DNA of 64,000 nt from NCBI GenBank assembly GCA_963749655.1, contig CAVVOB010000024.1, positions 96,001-160,000 on the forward strand, in the 5' to 3' direction. Origin of the DNA: Nitrospirota bacterium (GTDB lineage: Bacteria > Nitrospirota > UBA9217). The notes under the pieces were generated by a model, which searched no databases, had not been told where the DNA came from, and saw only the letters and a program-made list of their open reading frames with translations. Positions 48,112 through 58,881 of the stretch are shown piece after piece. The translations under genes were made by a program, and so were the position numbers. Positions within the stretch are counted from its first letter, which is position 1, and the number at the start of each line of letters is the position of its first letter.

Positions 48112-49062
48112 TTATAGCTGTTGATTCCCGTTACTGGTCTCTCTTACGATATAGAGCGGCCTTTTCTGTGATTCGCTATAAATTTTCCCCACATACTCAC
48201 CGATCACGCCGAGAAATGTAAGCTGAACGCCGCCAAGAAAAAACATGCCGGTGGTGAGCAGCGCATACCCGGGGATGTCCAGCCCCCGGAACAATTTATA
48301 AAGAACGATATAGCCGCCCATAAAAAAACTGAAACAAATAGTGAGCAAGCCGAATAAAATGCATATGCGCAACGGCACCAGGCTGAACCCGAAAAGAGCG
48401 TCCATGGAAAGCAAGGTCAGGCGGATCCAGTTATACTTGGTTTTGCCTGATTTCCTCGGCATCCGTTCATATTCGATGGAACACTGCTTGTAACCCAACC
48501 AGGCAAAAAGTCCCCGGACAAACCGATTTCGTTCCGAGAGCTGATTGAAGGCATCAACAACCTTTCTGTCCACCAGTCGGAAATCTCCGACATCCGCAGG
48601 AATTTTGACCGAGCTGAAGGCACTCATGATCCGATAAAATACATGAGACGTAATTTTTTTAAATATATTTTCTCCGCTTCGCGACTTTCGCCGTGCATAA
48701 ACCACTTCATGGCCTTCCCGCCATAATTCGTACATTTTGGGGATCAGTCCCGGCGGATCCTGCATATCGGCATCAATAAGCACAACCGCGCTTCCCCGGG
48801 TCATTCGCAGCCCGCAGCTGGACGCAGCTTCATGACCGAAATTACGGCTGAAAGAAGCAAAACGCACCCGCTTGTCTCTCTCCGCCACTTGCTTTATCAC
48901 CTTCAGGGAGCTGTCCTGCGACCCGTCATCGACAAATATCAGCTCAAAAGCGATTCCCGCCTTGTCCAGAGCGGCGCAGACAGCTTCGTGAAGCTGCTCG
49001 ATCGAATCTTGTTCATTATACACAGGAGTTACCACTGAAAGTATGGGAATAGCTTCAGCCAT
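48112..49062 (-). CDS. GtrB/ArnC-like polyprenyl-phosphate glycosyltransferase (GT2, two C-terminal TMs)
   Basis: PVYNE, VDDGS, SRNFG, DADMQDPP, GDFRL, GEYVGKIY and RPLY. Confidence 0.92.
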   Translation of the reverse strand: MAEAIPILSVVTPVYNEQDSIEQLHEAVCAALDKAGIAFELIFVDDGSQDSSLKVIKQVAERDKRVRFASFSRNFGHEAASSCGLRMTRGSAVVLIDADMQDPPGLIPKMYELWREGHEVVYARRKSRSGENIFKKITSHVFYRIMSAFSSVKIPADVGDFRLVDRKVVDAFNQLSERNRFVRGLFAWLGYKQCSIEYERMPRKSGKTKYNWIRLTLLSMDALFGFSLVPLRICILFGLLTICFSFFMGGYIVLYKLFRGLDIPGYALLTTGMFFLGGVQLTFLGVIGEYVGKIYSESQKRPLYIVRETSNGNQQL

Positions 49063-49224
49063 TACGCCTCCCGACCTTTTTCAGAACAAGCAATAACTGG
49101 CGCCGCAAGGCAGGGGAACGATACTGATCACAAACATCAGCAACGAGATTATAGGGTGCTGTATCCATCACAGGTTTTATAATTTGGCTGTCGATCACGA
49201 CACATCGGCTGCAGATGCAATTTA

Positions 49225-50910
49225 TCATTTTCTCAGCCGGAGGAGATCGCTCTTCGCCTGCTGAATACTGGCGGCATATTCGAGAACCGGAGCAGAAGAA
49301 ATAAACAGCTCATAAAACCGCGCGGCTTTTTTTGGCTCTCCCAGCACTTCATATGCCATCGCAACATTGTAACATGCTTCGTAGTTCTTCTTATCGTTCG
49401 CGAAGGCTTCCAGGTAGAAATCCAGGGCTTTTCGATATTCCCCTGCGCCCCAGTAGTTATTTCCAATGCCGGTAAACGCACGGGAATCTCCGGGTGACAG
49501 GGCAAGCAGCTTGTCATAATAGAACAGGCTTTGCTTCTTGTCGCCGCTTTTCCCGTAGATCATTCCCAGGTTTTGATACAGCGATGTCAGCTCCGTGCCG
49601 ACGGCATATCTCGTCGCGCGCAAATATTCTTCTATGGCCTTTCCGGAATTTCCGGTCCTTTCATAATACGCCCCCAAACCGCTGTAAGCCCCGGCATATT
49701 CAGGATTGTACTTAATTGCTTTCGTGTAAAAGACGCCATCATCCTTCCAGTCCCTGTTTGCCTCCACGGTCAGAACTCCGAAAACCAAAACAACGGCAAT
49801 AACAAGGGCGGCGGTCACGACTCTACTTTTTTCAACACCCGCCTCGATGAACCAAGCCGCTGCAATACTGAATCCTACGGAAGGTAAATAAAGCACCCGC
49901 TCCATGATATGCGGTTTATCGTTAAATGCCACCAGCAGCGGCGGCGACAGGGTGACGAGAAGCCACCCAAGCGCAAAGAGCACCGTTTTTTGTTTTCTCG
50001 CATATAGGACAAAGACCGCAAAGCAGAAAAGAACGGTAAAGGCGCCGGCGATGTTCATGAATCCCTGAGCTGGACGGGTAAAATAAAAAGCAAGCGGCCA
50101 TGGAAAAAGCAGCAGCTTTATGTATGCAGCGAAAAACTCCACAACATGGCTGATCCCCTTCCAGGAAAGCTGCAGTGTGGCGGCAGAGTCGCCCAGGGCC
50201 ATACCCCTGAGCAGCATAAAGAGCGCGATAGGGATGGTGAACACTGCCACGCGCTGAAGAGAATTTTTTTTATCCCCCCTTGCCATATCGTACCCCCAGA
50301 CAAGTGCGGGGAATACAATGCCTACCTCCTTGAGCAACATGGCCACGCAGGACAGGATCACGGCCCAAATTAGAAAAATCGCCTTGTTCGTTTTCAGATA
50401 ACGAATATACAACAATAAGCCGCCGACGACCGCGCCGGTAAGCAGCAGATCGTTGCGTCCGACTATCCAGCTTACCGCTTCGGAATGAACGGGATGAACC
50501 GCAAAAATGACGGCTCCCGCAAACGGAACCAGTATCGAAGCATCGCTGAAAAAAGCCCTCATCAGCAGGAAGACGAGAAGAGAATTGACGACATGCAGGA
50601 GGATGTTTTCGAGATGATAACCGAAGGGTCCGGTTCCCCATACCCGATAGGACAAATAGAGCTCGACAAGCAGCAGCGGCCTGTATAAGTATTGATCCTC
50701 GACATTAATCGCCGTGTTGTTCCATAGTCCTGTTTTGAAATAATCGGGTAAGTAGCGGACCGAAGTTATCCTGGCGTTCTCGGCGATGACCGGCCTATCG
50801 TCGCTGACGAACTCACCGTCAAGACTGTTTATGAAAACAAAGAAAGATATGAACGCGACGAGGGTCATTGCGACCAAAGAATTGAGCTGAAAGTTTTTTA
50901 AAATAACCAT
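49225..50910 (-). CDS. TMTC-like GT-C glycosyltransferase with C-terminal TPRs (intact)
   Basis: FVSDD, YRPL, HPVHSEAVSWIVGR, LKE, ERVLYLPS, ANRDW, many TMs and TPRs. Confidence 0.88.
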   Translation of the reverse strand: MVILKNFQLNSLVAMTLVAFISFFVFINSLDGEFVSDDRPVIAENARITSVRYLPDYFKTGLWNNTAINVEDQYLYRPLLLVELYLSYRVWGTGPFGYHLENILLHVVNSLLVFLLMRAFFSDASILVPFAGAVIFAVHPVHSEAVSWIVGRNDLLLTGAVVGGLLLYIRYLKTNKAIFLIWAVILSCVAMLLKEVGIVFPALVWGYDMARGDKKNSLQRVAVFTIPIALFMLLRGMALGDSAATLQLSWKGISHVVEFFAAYIKLLLFPWPLAFYFTRPAQGFMNIAGAFTVLFCFAVFVLYARKQKTVLFALGWLLVTLSPPLLVAFNDKPHIMERVLYLPSVGFSIAAAWFIEAGVEKSRVVTAALVIAVVLVFGVLTVEANRDWKDDGVFYTKAIKYNPEYAGAYSGLGAYYERTGNSGKAIEEYLRATRYAVGTELTSLYQNLGMIYGKSGDKKQSLFYYDKLLALSPGDSRAFTGIGNNYWGAGEYRKALDFYLEAFANDKKNYEACYNVAMAYEVLGEPKKAARFYELFISSAPVLEYAASIQQAKSDLLRLRK

Positions 50911-50975
50911 CGTCAGTATCCGGCTCGATCTTTTTTGAATTCGAAATACACCCTTTTCGATACCCGATCAGGAGT

Positions 50976-51106
50976 GGAGCCCCCTCCGGCAGGAGCCGGA
51001 GGCTCCCTCGAACAACGCGACCACCCGGAACTGCGAACTCGCGCATGCGTGACACGTTTGTGTCACGCGCGAGTGAGCGCTTTCCCCCCCGGCCGGAGCC
51101 GGGGGA
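50976..51106. repeat. Cluster of three GC-rich inverted repeats between ruvA and the TMTC-like gene
   Basis: Hairpins at 50976-51006, 51037-51074 and 51083-51106. Confidence 0.7.
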
Positions 51107-51136
51107 TGCCAAGGCGCGGGATAGCACGTTCTCAAG

Positions 51137-51745
51137 TCATGGATTCCGTCGCATCAACGCTGCCAGCGCTTCCCGGATCAACTCCTCGACCGTAAGGCCC
51201 GAACGGCTCTGGCCGGCTTTCCTGACTGCCTCTTCCGCCAGGGCTCTTTTGTATCCAAGGTTCACGAGCGCTGAAACTACATCCTCAACCTCGCCGCCCG
51301 TTGCACCAGAGGGCGTCCGCAAAGCAACCCCCGAGGGTATAAGCAGTTTCATCTTGTCCCTGAGCTCCAGCACCATCCTGGCCGCTGTCTTCTTGCCGAT
51401 GCCCGGGATCGTGCAGAGTTTTGAATCGTCGGAAGATTGAAGGGCTGTAGCGATGTCTCCGATGGACAGGCTCGAAAGGATGGCAAGCGCCAGACGGGGG
51501 CCGATGCCGGAGACACCCATGAGCAGGAGGAACATCTCCTTTTCCGCCTCCGTCAGAAAACCGAAGAGCAAAAGGGCGTCCTCGCGAACATGGGTATGGA
51601 TATGGAGAGTGACATCTTCGCCTACCTCAGGAATGCTGCAGTAGGTCGAAAGCGGCGCCTGGACCTGGTATCCCACGCCTGAAACATCGACGACCAGGTA
51701 ATCAGCGGCCTTGCGCAACAGCCTGCCGGAAAGCCTTGCGATCAT
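51137..51745 (-). CDS. ruvA: Holliday junction branch migration protein RuvA
   Basis: MIARLSG, GVGY, VREDALLLFGF, GIGKKTAAR and ALVNLGY. Confidence 0.96.
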   Translation of the reverse strand: MIARLSGRLLRKAADYLVVDVSGVGYQVQAPLSTYCSIPEVGEDVTLHIHTHVREDALLLFGFLTEAEKEMFLLLMGVSGIGPRLALAILSSLSIGDIATALQSSDDSKLCTIPGIGKKTAARMVLELRDKMKLLIPSGVALRTPSGATGGEVEDVVSALVNLGYKRALAEEAVRKAGQSRSGLTVEELIREALAALMRRNP

Positions 51746-51746
51746 T

Positions 51747-52310
51747 TCATCCTGCCTGGAGCCTGCGAACGTCCGCGTTCCGAAGGGCGCCGACCCCCCT
51801 GGTTTGACGAAGCGATGCCGGAGACTTGAGGATCTCTCTGAGCCGCGAGGAGTGGATATGACAGATCGCGGCGGCCAGGGCGTCGGCCGCATCGGCGGGA
51901 TGAGGAATTTTCGGCATGTCAAGAATGGCCTTGACCATCAACTGCACCTGCTTTTTTTCCGCCTTGCCGTGCCCGACGACCGCCTGTTTGACCTCCAGGG
52001 GGGCGTATTCAAACACGGGAAGATCGGCGTTCATGGCTGCAAGGATGGCAACCCCCCGCGCATGCCCCAGTTTCAATGCCGACTTGATGTTCTTCGAAAC
52101 GAAAAGATCCTCGATCACCACGACGTGAGGCCGGTGCTTGCTGATGATTTTTTCAAGTTCCTCATAGATTTTCTTAAGCCGCTTGGGAAAAGGCTGGTTT
52201 GCGGACGGACTGATGCCGCCCGATACGACATGGAACAACTTGTGGTCTTCCTCCGCCACGATCCCGTACCCGCTCGTCAGTGTTCCCGGATCAATTCCCA
52301 GAACTCGCAT
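51747..52310 (-). CDS. ruvC: Crossover junction endodeoxyribonuclease RuvC
   Basis: VLGIDPG, IEDLF, LKLGHARG and DAADALA. Confidence 0.96.
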   Translation of the reverse strand: MRVLGIDPGTLTSGYGIVAEEDHKLFHVVSGGISPSANQPFPKRLKKIYEELEKIISKHRPHVVVIEDLFVSKNIKSALKLGHARGVAILAAMNADLPVFEYAPLEVKQAVVGHGKAEKKQVQLMVKAILDMPKIPHPADAADALAAAICHIHSSRLREILKSPASLRQTRGVGALRNADVRRLQAG

Positions 52311-52405
52311 ACCGCCCCCCGCATGATCCCGCTCAATGAGCATAATGGGCGATGCCGGAAAGCCTCCCTCCGGCACCGCCTGAACCCAGTTGAACCGATT
52401 CGATT

Positions 52406-53149
52406 TTATTCGGCGTTCATCAATTCTTCAGGAATGTCAAAGTTCGCGTACACGTTCTGCACGTCGTCATTGTCTTCCAGGTTTTCCACGAGGCGCAGCA
52501 TCTGCTGCGCTTCCTTGCCCTGAAGCTGCACATAGGTTTGCGGAATCATGGTGACTTCCGCGACTTCGGGCTGCACTTCGCCGTCTTCGAGGGCTTTTTT
52601 CACCTTCTCAAACTCGTTCGGCGGCGTTGTAATCGCAAAATTGTCGTCCTCGGTCTGCATGTCCTCGGCGCCGGCGTCGAGCGCGAGCGTCATGAGCTTG
52701 TCCTCATCGACCTTGGCGCGGTTGACCACCAGATACCCTTTTTTATTGAACATCCAGGCGACGCAGCCCGCCTCGCCCATGTTGCCTCCGCCCTTGCTGA
52801 AGATGTTCCGGATTTCGGATACCGTCCTGTTCCGGTTATCGGTCAGGACTTCGATGATGACCGCCACGCCGCCGGGTCCGTATCCTTCGTAGGTGATCTC
52901 CTCGTAGGAGACTCCCGGCAGTTCACCGGTGCCCTTCTGGATCGCCCGCTTGATGTTTTCCGCCGGCATGCTGACGCCTTTCGCCTTGGCGACCGCGGTC
53001 CTGAGCCGGGGGTTCCCGTTGGGATCGCCGCCTCCGAGTTTGGCGGCCACGGTGATTTCCTTCGTGATCTTGGTGAAGATCTTGCCGCGTTTTGCGTCAG
53101 TGGCGGCCTTTTTGTGCTTCGTAGTTGCCCACTTCGAATGACCTGACAT
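52406..53149 (-). CDS. yebC: YebC/PmpR family protein
   Basis: [22 protein letters not shown] and DDVQNVY. Confidence 0.96.
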   Translation of the reverse strand: MSGHSKWATTKHKKAATDAKRGKIFTKITKEITVAAKLGGGDPNGNPRLRTAVAKAKGVSMPAENIKRAIQKGTGELPGVSYEEITYEGYGPGGVAVIIEVLTDNRNRTVSEIRNIFSKGGGNMGEAGCVAWMFNKKGYLVVNRAKVDEDKLMTLALDAGAEDMQTEDDNFAITTPPNEFEKVKKALEDGEVQPEVAEVTMIPQTYVQLQGKEAQQMLRLVENLEDNDDVQNVYANFDIPEELMNAE

Positions 53150-53163
53150 GAAGCCTCCCTGTA

Positions 53164-53297
53164 ATTCAAATTCCAATTTCCAAATCGCAAATCCCAGGTA
53201 CTATTCAAATTCGAAATTTTAATTTTCAAACCGTTTGGAATTCGGTGTTTGAAATTTGGAGCGTATTTGTAATTTGTCGCTTGTTATTTGATGCTTG
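53164..53297 (-). repeat. AT-rich quasi-palindromic intergenic element, copy 1
   Basis: On the minus strand it starts CAAGCATCAAAT and ends TTGGAATTTGAA; same ends as 63335-63439. Confidence 0.7.
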
Positions 53298-53299
53298 AT

Positions 53300-54319
53300 C
53301 TACCGCTCCGCAGTCTGCAGGTCGTGCTCCATCTCTTCCTTGAGCTTGGTGAAGATCATCCTGCCTGCCGCGGTCTGAAGTACGCTGGTGACGGAAACGT
53401 CGATGTTCTTGTTGATGTACTTTCTCCCGTTTTCCACGACGATCATCGTCCCGTCGTCGAGGTAGGCCACCCCTTGGCCCGGCTCCTTTCCTTCTTTGAG
53501 CACGAACACCCGCATGCTTTCTCCGGGCAGCGCGACCGGCTTGACCGCGTTCGAGAGATCGTTGATGTTGAGCACTTTGACGCCCTGGAGTTCGGCGACC
53601 TTGTTGAGGTTAAAATCGTTCGTGATCACTTTAGCGCCCAGCTTTTTGGCGAGGGCAATCAGTTTGCTGTCGACATCGCGGATTTTGGGGAAATCCTCAT
53701 CAACGATCCGGACCTCCATGTGGCTCATCTTCTGGATGCGGTGAAGAATATCGAGCCCGCGGCGGCCCCGCGCCCGCTTGAGGGAGTCCGAAGAATCGGC
53801 AATATGCTGAAGTTCGTGCAGGATGAACTGGGGAATGATGATCGTGCCGTCGAGGAACTCCGTTTCGCACACGTCGGCGATTCTGCCGTCGATGATGACG
53901 CTCGTATCCATGATCTTGATGTTCTCTTCAGCGCCGCTCTTGAAGAGTTTCTTGATGTTGGCAGGATTGAACCGTTCACCCTCTCTGACGCCGATCATGA
54001 TGCCGATGTAGCCGAAGAAACCATTCATCAGCAGCAGGATGAAATTGACGATGCTCCGCTCGAGAGGGACGAGCTTGAGCGGCGCCGCGATAATGCTCGC
54101 GGACGTGAGTCCGAGGATAAAGCCGAGGATGCCGCCGATAATGACCTTTAATGAGACCCGTCTGAACAGATATTCGGTAAGAATGATTAGAACCGTGACG
54201 CTGAAACCGACGATCATGCCTTCCAGTTTGCCGACCTGGTCATAGAGCTGGGTGGAAACATAATAGCCCAGCAAAGTGCCCAGACAGACAAAAACCAACC
54301 GTATAAGAATAAGACCCAT
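53300..54319 (-). CDS. YacL-like membrane PIN/TRAM domain protein
   Basis: N-terminal TMs, [33 protein letters not shown] and QTAAGRMIF. Confidence 0.93.
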   Translation of the reverse strand: MGLILIRLVFVCLGTLLGYYVSTQLYDQVGKLEGMIVGFSVTVLIILTEYLFRRVSLKVIIGGILGFILGLTSASIIAAPLKLVPLERSIVNFILLLMNGFFGYIGIMIGVREGERFNPANIKKLFKSGAEENIKIMDTSVIIDGRIADVCETEFLDGTIIIPQFILHELQHIADSSDSLKRARGRRGLDILHRIQKMSHMEVRIVDEDFPKIRDVDSKLIALAKKLGAKVITNDFNLNKVAELQGVKVLNINDLSNAVKPVALPGESMRVFVLKEGKEPGQGVAYLDDGTMIVVENGRKYINKNIDVSVTSVLQTAAGRMIFTKLKEEMEHDLQTAER

Positions 54320-54412
54320 TGTTTTCACCTCCTTTTCGTGAGAATTTCGAAATAACGACTTGAAGCGCTCCGTTGCCGTCATGAGGAGCGCACGGCCCCG
54401 TTTGCGCGAAGT

Positions 54413-55913
54413 CTATTCCGGCTTTACCGTGACGAACAGATCCTGTCCCTTCCTGCGGATGAGCAGCAGAATCCGGTCCTTGGGCTTGATCTTCGAGGCG
54501 GCCTTCCGGTAATCCGCCAGTGTCGCAATATCATTCTGGTTGATCTGGAGAATAATATCGCCGGGCCTGATGCCGGCGTCGTAGATCCTGCTCTCGGTGT
54601 CTATCTTCATCACCACGACGCCTTTTTCTCCCTCGTCGAGGCCATAGCGCTGTGCGAGGGCCGGATTGAGTTCACGGACGACCAGCCCGTTCAGGACGGT
54701 ACTCTCTTCTTCGCCGGATCCGCCGGAGTCTTCTTCCTCGGGCACGGCATCAGCCATTTTCTTCGTCAGTTCAGCAATGACCACGTCCATGGCGAGTTCT
54801 TTCTTATGGCGAAGGACCTTGACTTCGACCTTCGAGCCGATCGGCGTCTGGGAAACCATGTTCCTCAGGTGGCCGGTGTCCTCGACGATTTTGCCGTTGT
54901 ACTGAAGAATCACGTCGCCCTGCTTGATCCCTGCCTTTTCCGCAGGGCTTCCTTTCATCACACCGCTCACCAGCGCTCCTTTCAGGTCTTTGACGCCGAA
55001 CTCCTCGGCGAGATCGGAGGTGACCTCCTGGATGCTGACGCCGAGCCAGCCGCGGACCACTTTCTTATACTTGACCAGGCTGTCCATCACCTGCCGTGCC
55101 ATGCTGCTCGGCACCGCGAAACCGATCCCCTGGTAGCCGCCGGTCCGCGACAGGATGGCGGTATTGATGCCGATGAGCTCCCCGCGGGCGTTGATGAGCG
55201 CGCCGCCCGAATTGCCGGGGTTGATGGCCGCATCGGTCTGGATAAAATCCTCATAGTCAGCGATGCCCACATTGGCCCGTGCCCACGGCGCTGATCACGC
55301 CCATGGTCACGGTCTGGTTCAGGCCGAAGGGGTTGCCGATCGCGAAGACGATCTCGCCGACCTTCAGTTTATTGGAATCACCCCAGGGCAGGGCGGACAA
55401 TCCCTTTGCCTCGATCTTGATGACCGCGATGTCGGTTTTCGGATCTGCGCCGATCAGTTTTGCCTTGAAATCCTTCTTGTTCAAGAGCAGGACCTTGATC
55501 TCCTGCGCCTTTTCGATCACATGATTGTTCGTGACGATGTACCCGTCCTCGGAAACGATGACGCCCGAACCCAGGCTCTGTTCCTTGTGTTCCTTCGGAA
55601 CATTCGGGTGCGGGAACTGGTCTCCGAAAAACTTCCGGAAAAAAGGGTCGTCGAACAGATCGAAGGGCGTCTCGTCCCGCGACTTGATCACCCGTGTGGT
55701 CGAGATATTCACGACCGACGGCGTTGCAACCGCTGCGACCTCGGACTGGGCCTCGCTCAGCTGTGTCAGGATGTCGACTGACTTTGACGATATCTGGCTT
55801 TTCGCAGGGAGCGGCGACATGATGCCGAGATGCGATGACAGGATCAGGCCGACGAAGACGCCGAGAGCGAGGACGAGTGCTGAACAAATAAATCTTTTCT
55901 TCTTATCGATCAT
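54413..55913 (-). CDS. degP: Do/DegP-DegQ family serine protease with two PDZ domains; +1 frameshift near 55280
   Basis: SLGSGVI, TNNHV and DPKTDIA in ORF 55257..55964; [14 protein letters not shown] and PDZ domains in ORF 54413..55270. Confidence 0.9.
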
Positions 55914-56081
55914 GATTGCTGCAGTCCTCCGGGATGGGACGAGATCAACGGTGCGGACGCGCATTCTGCTAATTCGGCTATTCTACCAGAAAGAAGCAAG
56001 TCTTTTCAAGCCCTTTTTATTATTGACAAAAACGGCGTGAACATATAATAACGCCGATATCGGTAAGCACGAAGGAGACCT

Positions 56082-57470
56082 ATGGTGACCACTCGACGCC
56101 CGGGAAAAGGGCTGGCCGCGCGTCACCTCGAAAAACTGGACAAACAGTACGTCTGGCATCCCTTTACCCAGATGCAGGATTGGGTAAAAGAGCCCCAGCT
56201 GATCATCGAAAGCGGAAAAGGGTGCACTCTCACCGACGTCCACGGCAAGACCTTTCTGGACGGGGTATCTTCGCTCTGGGTGACGGTCCACGGCCACCGG
56301 AAAAAAGAGATCGACGCTGCGGTTTCGGCGCAGCTCAAGAAAATCGCCCACTCCACCCTGCTCGGCCTGTCCAATGTCCCTGCCGTGCTGTTGGCCGAGA
56401 AACTGGTCACGATCGCCCCGAAGGGGCTTTCCAAAGTATTCTATTCCGACAGCGGGTCAACGGCAGTGGAGATCGCGCTCAAGATCGCCTTCCAGTACTG
56501 GCAGCAGAAAGGGCCGGAGTATCAGCGCAAAACCGGGTTTATTTCCCTCACCGAGGCGTATCACGGCGACACCATCGGATCGGTGAGCGTCGGCGGGATC
56601 GACCTCTTCCATTCGCTTTACAAGCCGCTCCTGTTCCAGACCCGCAAAATAGAATCCCCCTATTGCTATCGCTGCAAGTACGGCCTGACCTTTCCGGAAT
56701 GCCAAAAGACCTGCTTCGTCCATGCCGAGAGGACCATCCAGAAATACGCTTCCGTAACCGCGGCCCTGGTCATTGAACCGCTGGTCCAGGGAGCGGCCGG
56801 CATGCTGATGCAGCCGGCAGGATATCTTAAGCGGATCCGCGAACTCTGCACGGAGCACAACATCCTGATGATCGCCGATGAAGTGGCGACGGGTTTCGGC
56901 AGGACAGGCAAGATGTTCGCCTGCGAGCATGAAGGCGTGACGCCGGACATCCTCTGCACGGCCAAAGGAATCACGGGCGGATACCTCCCCCTGGCCGCCA
57001 CGCTTACCTCGGAAGAAATCTATCAGGCGTTCCTCGGAGCCTACCAGGAGTTCAGGGCGTTCTTTCACGGCCATACCTACACGGGAAATCCGCTTGCCTG
57101 TGCGGCGGCCATCGCCAACATCGACCTGTTCAGGAAAGAGAAGACGCTGACAAAGCTCCAGCCGAAGATACGGCTGCTCGCCAAGGAATTGAAGCGATTT
57201 TACGGGCTGGACCATGTCGGTGAAATAAGACAGCAAGGGTTCATGGTAGGCATCGAACTGGTGAAAAACAGGTTGACGAGAATACCCTACCCTCCCGAGG
57301 ACAAGATCGGCATCCGGGTGATCCGTGAATGCAGGAAACAGGGTCTCATTCTCCGGCCGCTCGGGAATGTCATCGTTCTTATGCCGCCGCTCACGATGTC
57401 TCCGGCGGAGCTGACGCGCATGCTGCAGATCACCTATACATCCATAAAAACAGTCACGGAAAACCCTTGA
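56082..57470 (+). CDS. bioA: Adenosylmethionine-8-amino-7-oxononanoate transaminase
   Basis: VWHPFTQM, SSLW, DSGSTAVEIALK, YHGDT, DEVATGFGRTG and HGHTY. Confidence 0.94.
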   Translation: MVTTRRPGKGLAARHLEKLDKQYVWHPFTQMQDWVKEPQLIIESGKGCTLTDVHGKTFLDGVSSLWVTVHGHRKKEIDAAVSAQLKKIAHSTLLGLSNVPAVLLAEKLVTIAPKGLSKVFYSDSGSTAVEIALKIAFQYWQQKGPEYQRKTGFISLTEAYHGDTIGSVSVGGIDLFHSLYKPLLFQTRKIESPYCYRCKYGLTFPECQKTCFVHAERTIQKYASVTAALVIEPLVQGAAGMLMQPAGYLKRIRELCTEHNILMIADEVATGFGRTGKMFACEHEGVTPDILCTAKGITGGYLPLAATLTSEEIYQAFLGAYQEFRAFFHGHTYTGNPLACAAAIANIDLFRKEKTLTKLQPKIRLLAKELKRFYGLDHVGEIRQQGFMVGIELVKNRLTRIPYPPEDKIGIRVIRECRKQGLILRPLGNVIVLMPPLTMSPAELTRMLQITYTSIKTVTENP

Positions 57471-57808
57471 GACAACTGCCGGTAGGACTGATCGGCTGCG
57501 TCGAGAGCGAATCGCTAGTCCCTCATCCCCCCCCCCGTGCAGCCAACCTCTGAAACAGCGAAAGTATGACGGTCAAAACGGGTCTTGCCGGCAGACCTCA
57601 GCCTCTCCCAGCCTCCCGCTCGCCAAAATTCCGGTTCTTATCGTAAAAATCTACGACCCTATTGTATTCTTCCCTGTGAATAACATGCGGGAACGTTTGA
57701 ATTGCTCGGAAGCCTGCTCGCGGAATAAGATGCTGAACAGAAATGCGAAGAGTACCTTTCAAAATTTGACAGGACCATTCCGAAGCAGCACCGTCGATCT
57801 GCGGGCAC

Positions 57809-58456
57809 TCAAGGCTTCTGCTCCTGATCTGCGTCCGGCTGGCCCGTAGATCCCTCGTTGCCCACCTGTTCTACAAATGCGTTGAACTCCCTGATTTTTT
57901 GAGCCGTCTTTTTTCCCTTTTCCTCTCTTTCTCGCTGCGCCTCCGACGCGCTTTTCCCCACCCGGTCAAAGAGGTGAACGACATCCATAGTATGGGCATA
58001 GAGCAGAAAGACGGACACCCCCCACAAAATGACGAGGCGGACGATCTTGACGGCTTTTTCGTAGTCACTGCTCAGAATGCCGAGGATGGAAAATGCGAAC
58101 AGAGCGCTTACCACGACGATGAGCGAGATCAAGATTCTGCGGCTGAAAGGATTTCTTTCGGCGGTCACGGAAGTGGCTGCTGCCATAGGAGCCGGCGTCT
58201 CGATTGACGACGATCCCGTCGGAGACTGGTCCTGGGGCCTGCTTTGCGGTTGAGAACTTTTCTCTTTCTCCGGTTCTCCGCCGACAATTTTTGCCGAAGA
58301 TCTGAATTGCACAGGAATGGTCTGGAGGTCGTCGGCAAAATTGATCAGCCCGTCATTGTCGACATACTTGAATATCGCGGCCGACCCTTCCTGCACCAGT
58401 ACCAAACCGAGAACGCAGGCAATGCCTATCAGCATAAATACGAGCGTTGATCGCAT
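57809..58456 (-). CDS. DUF4124-like protein with two additional TMs and a C-terminal coiled coil
   Basis: Signal/TM, IFKYVDNDG.INFAD....IP motif, Pro/Ser linker and two hydrophobic helices. Confidence 0.7.
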   Translation of the reverse strand: MRSTLVFMLIGIACVLGLVLVQEGSAAIFKYVDNDGLINFADDLQTIPVQFRSSAKIVGGEPEKEKSSQPQSRPQDQSPTGSSSIETPAPMAAATSVTAERNPFSRRILISLIVVVSALFAFSILGILSSDYEKAVKIVRLVILWGVSVFLLYAHTMDVVHLFDRVGKSASEAQREREEKGKKTAQKIREFNAFVEQVGNEGSTGQPDADQEQKP

Positions 58457-58486
58457 CACGATCCTCCCTGAGCTTTGAGATGCAGA

Positions 58487-58515
58487 ACTATAGATAAATC
58501 GTCGTTGAATGTCAA
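58487..58515 (-). promoter_or_regulatory. Sigma-70 promoter for the DUF4124-like gene
   Basis: TTGACA-N17-TATAGT. Confidence 0.6.
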
Positions 58516-58881
58516 TATGTTCAAAGGGGTATTTTTAGGGTATGCCGCATCATTCAGAACCGTTACTCATTTACACGATCCGGGAGGAATTTTTCTTAAG
58601 CACAGCGCTTTTTCAGCAGTTACTATCGTAACGAACGGACGCAATTGATCATACGAAAACGCGTTCTGCACCGACTTGCAGGCGTCAGGCGCGAGCGGAC
58701 ACTTCTATATTCATCCTGAAACGGACAAGGAGTTCCGAGCAGCAGGAGAATAACCTGCTGACAATGACCCGACCTTTAGCGTATACTGTCGCCAGGCTGC
58801 AAGGGACCTATCCGACGGCTGCATGATGCTTATCGCATCATCTCTTTCTGAAAAACACGATACTCTCATTTGGAGAAAACT

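Noticed and set aside
56023-56049. TTGACA/TATAAT promoter for bioA
   Set aside because: The spacer is only 15 bp, so it is not called as a feature.
57527-57536. C10 run as a phase-variation switch
   Set aside because: It lies between convergent genes, away from any promoter or coding sequence.
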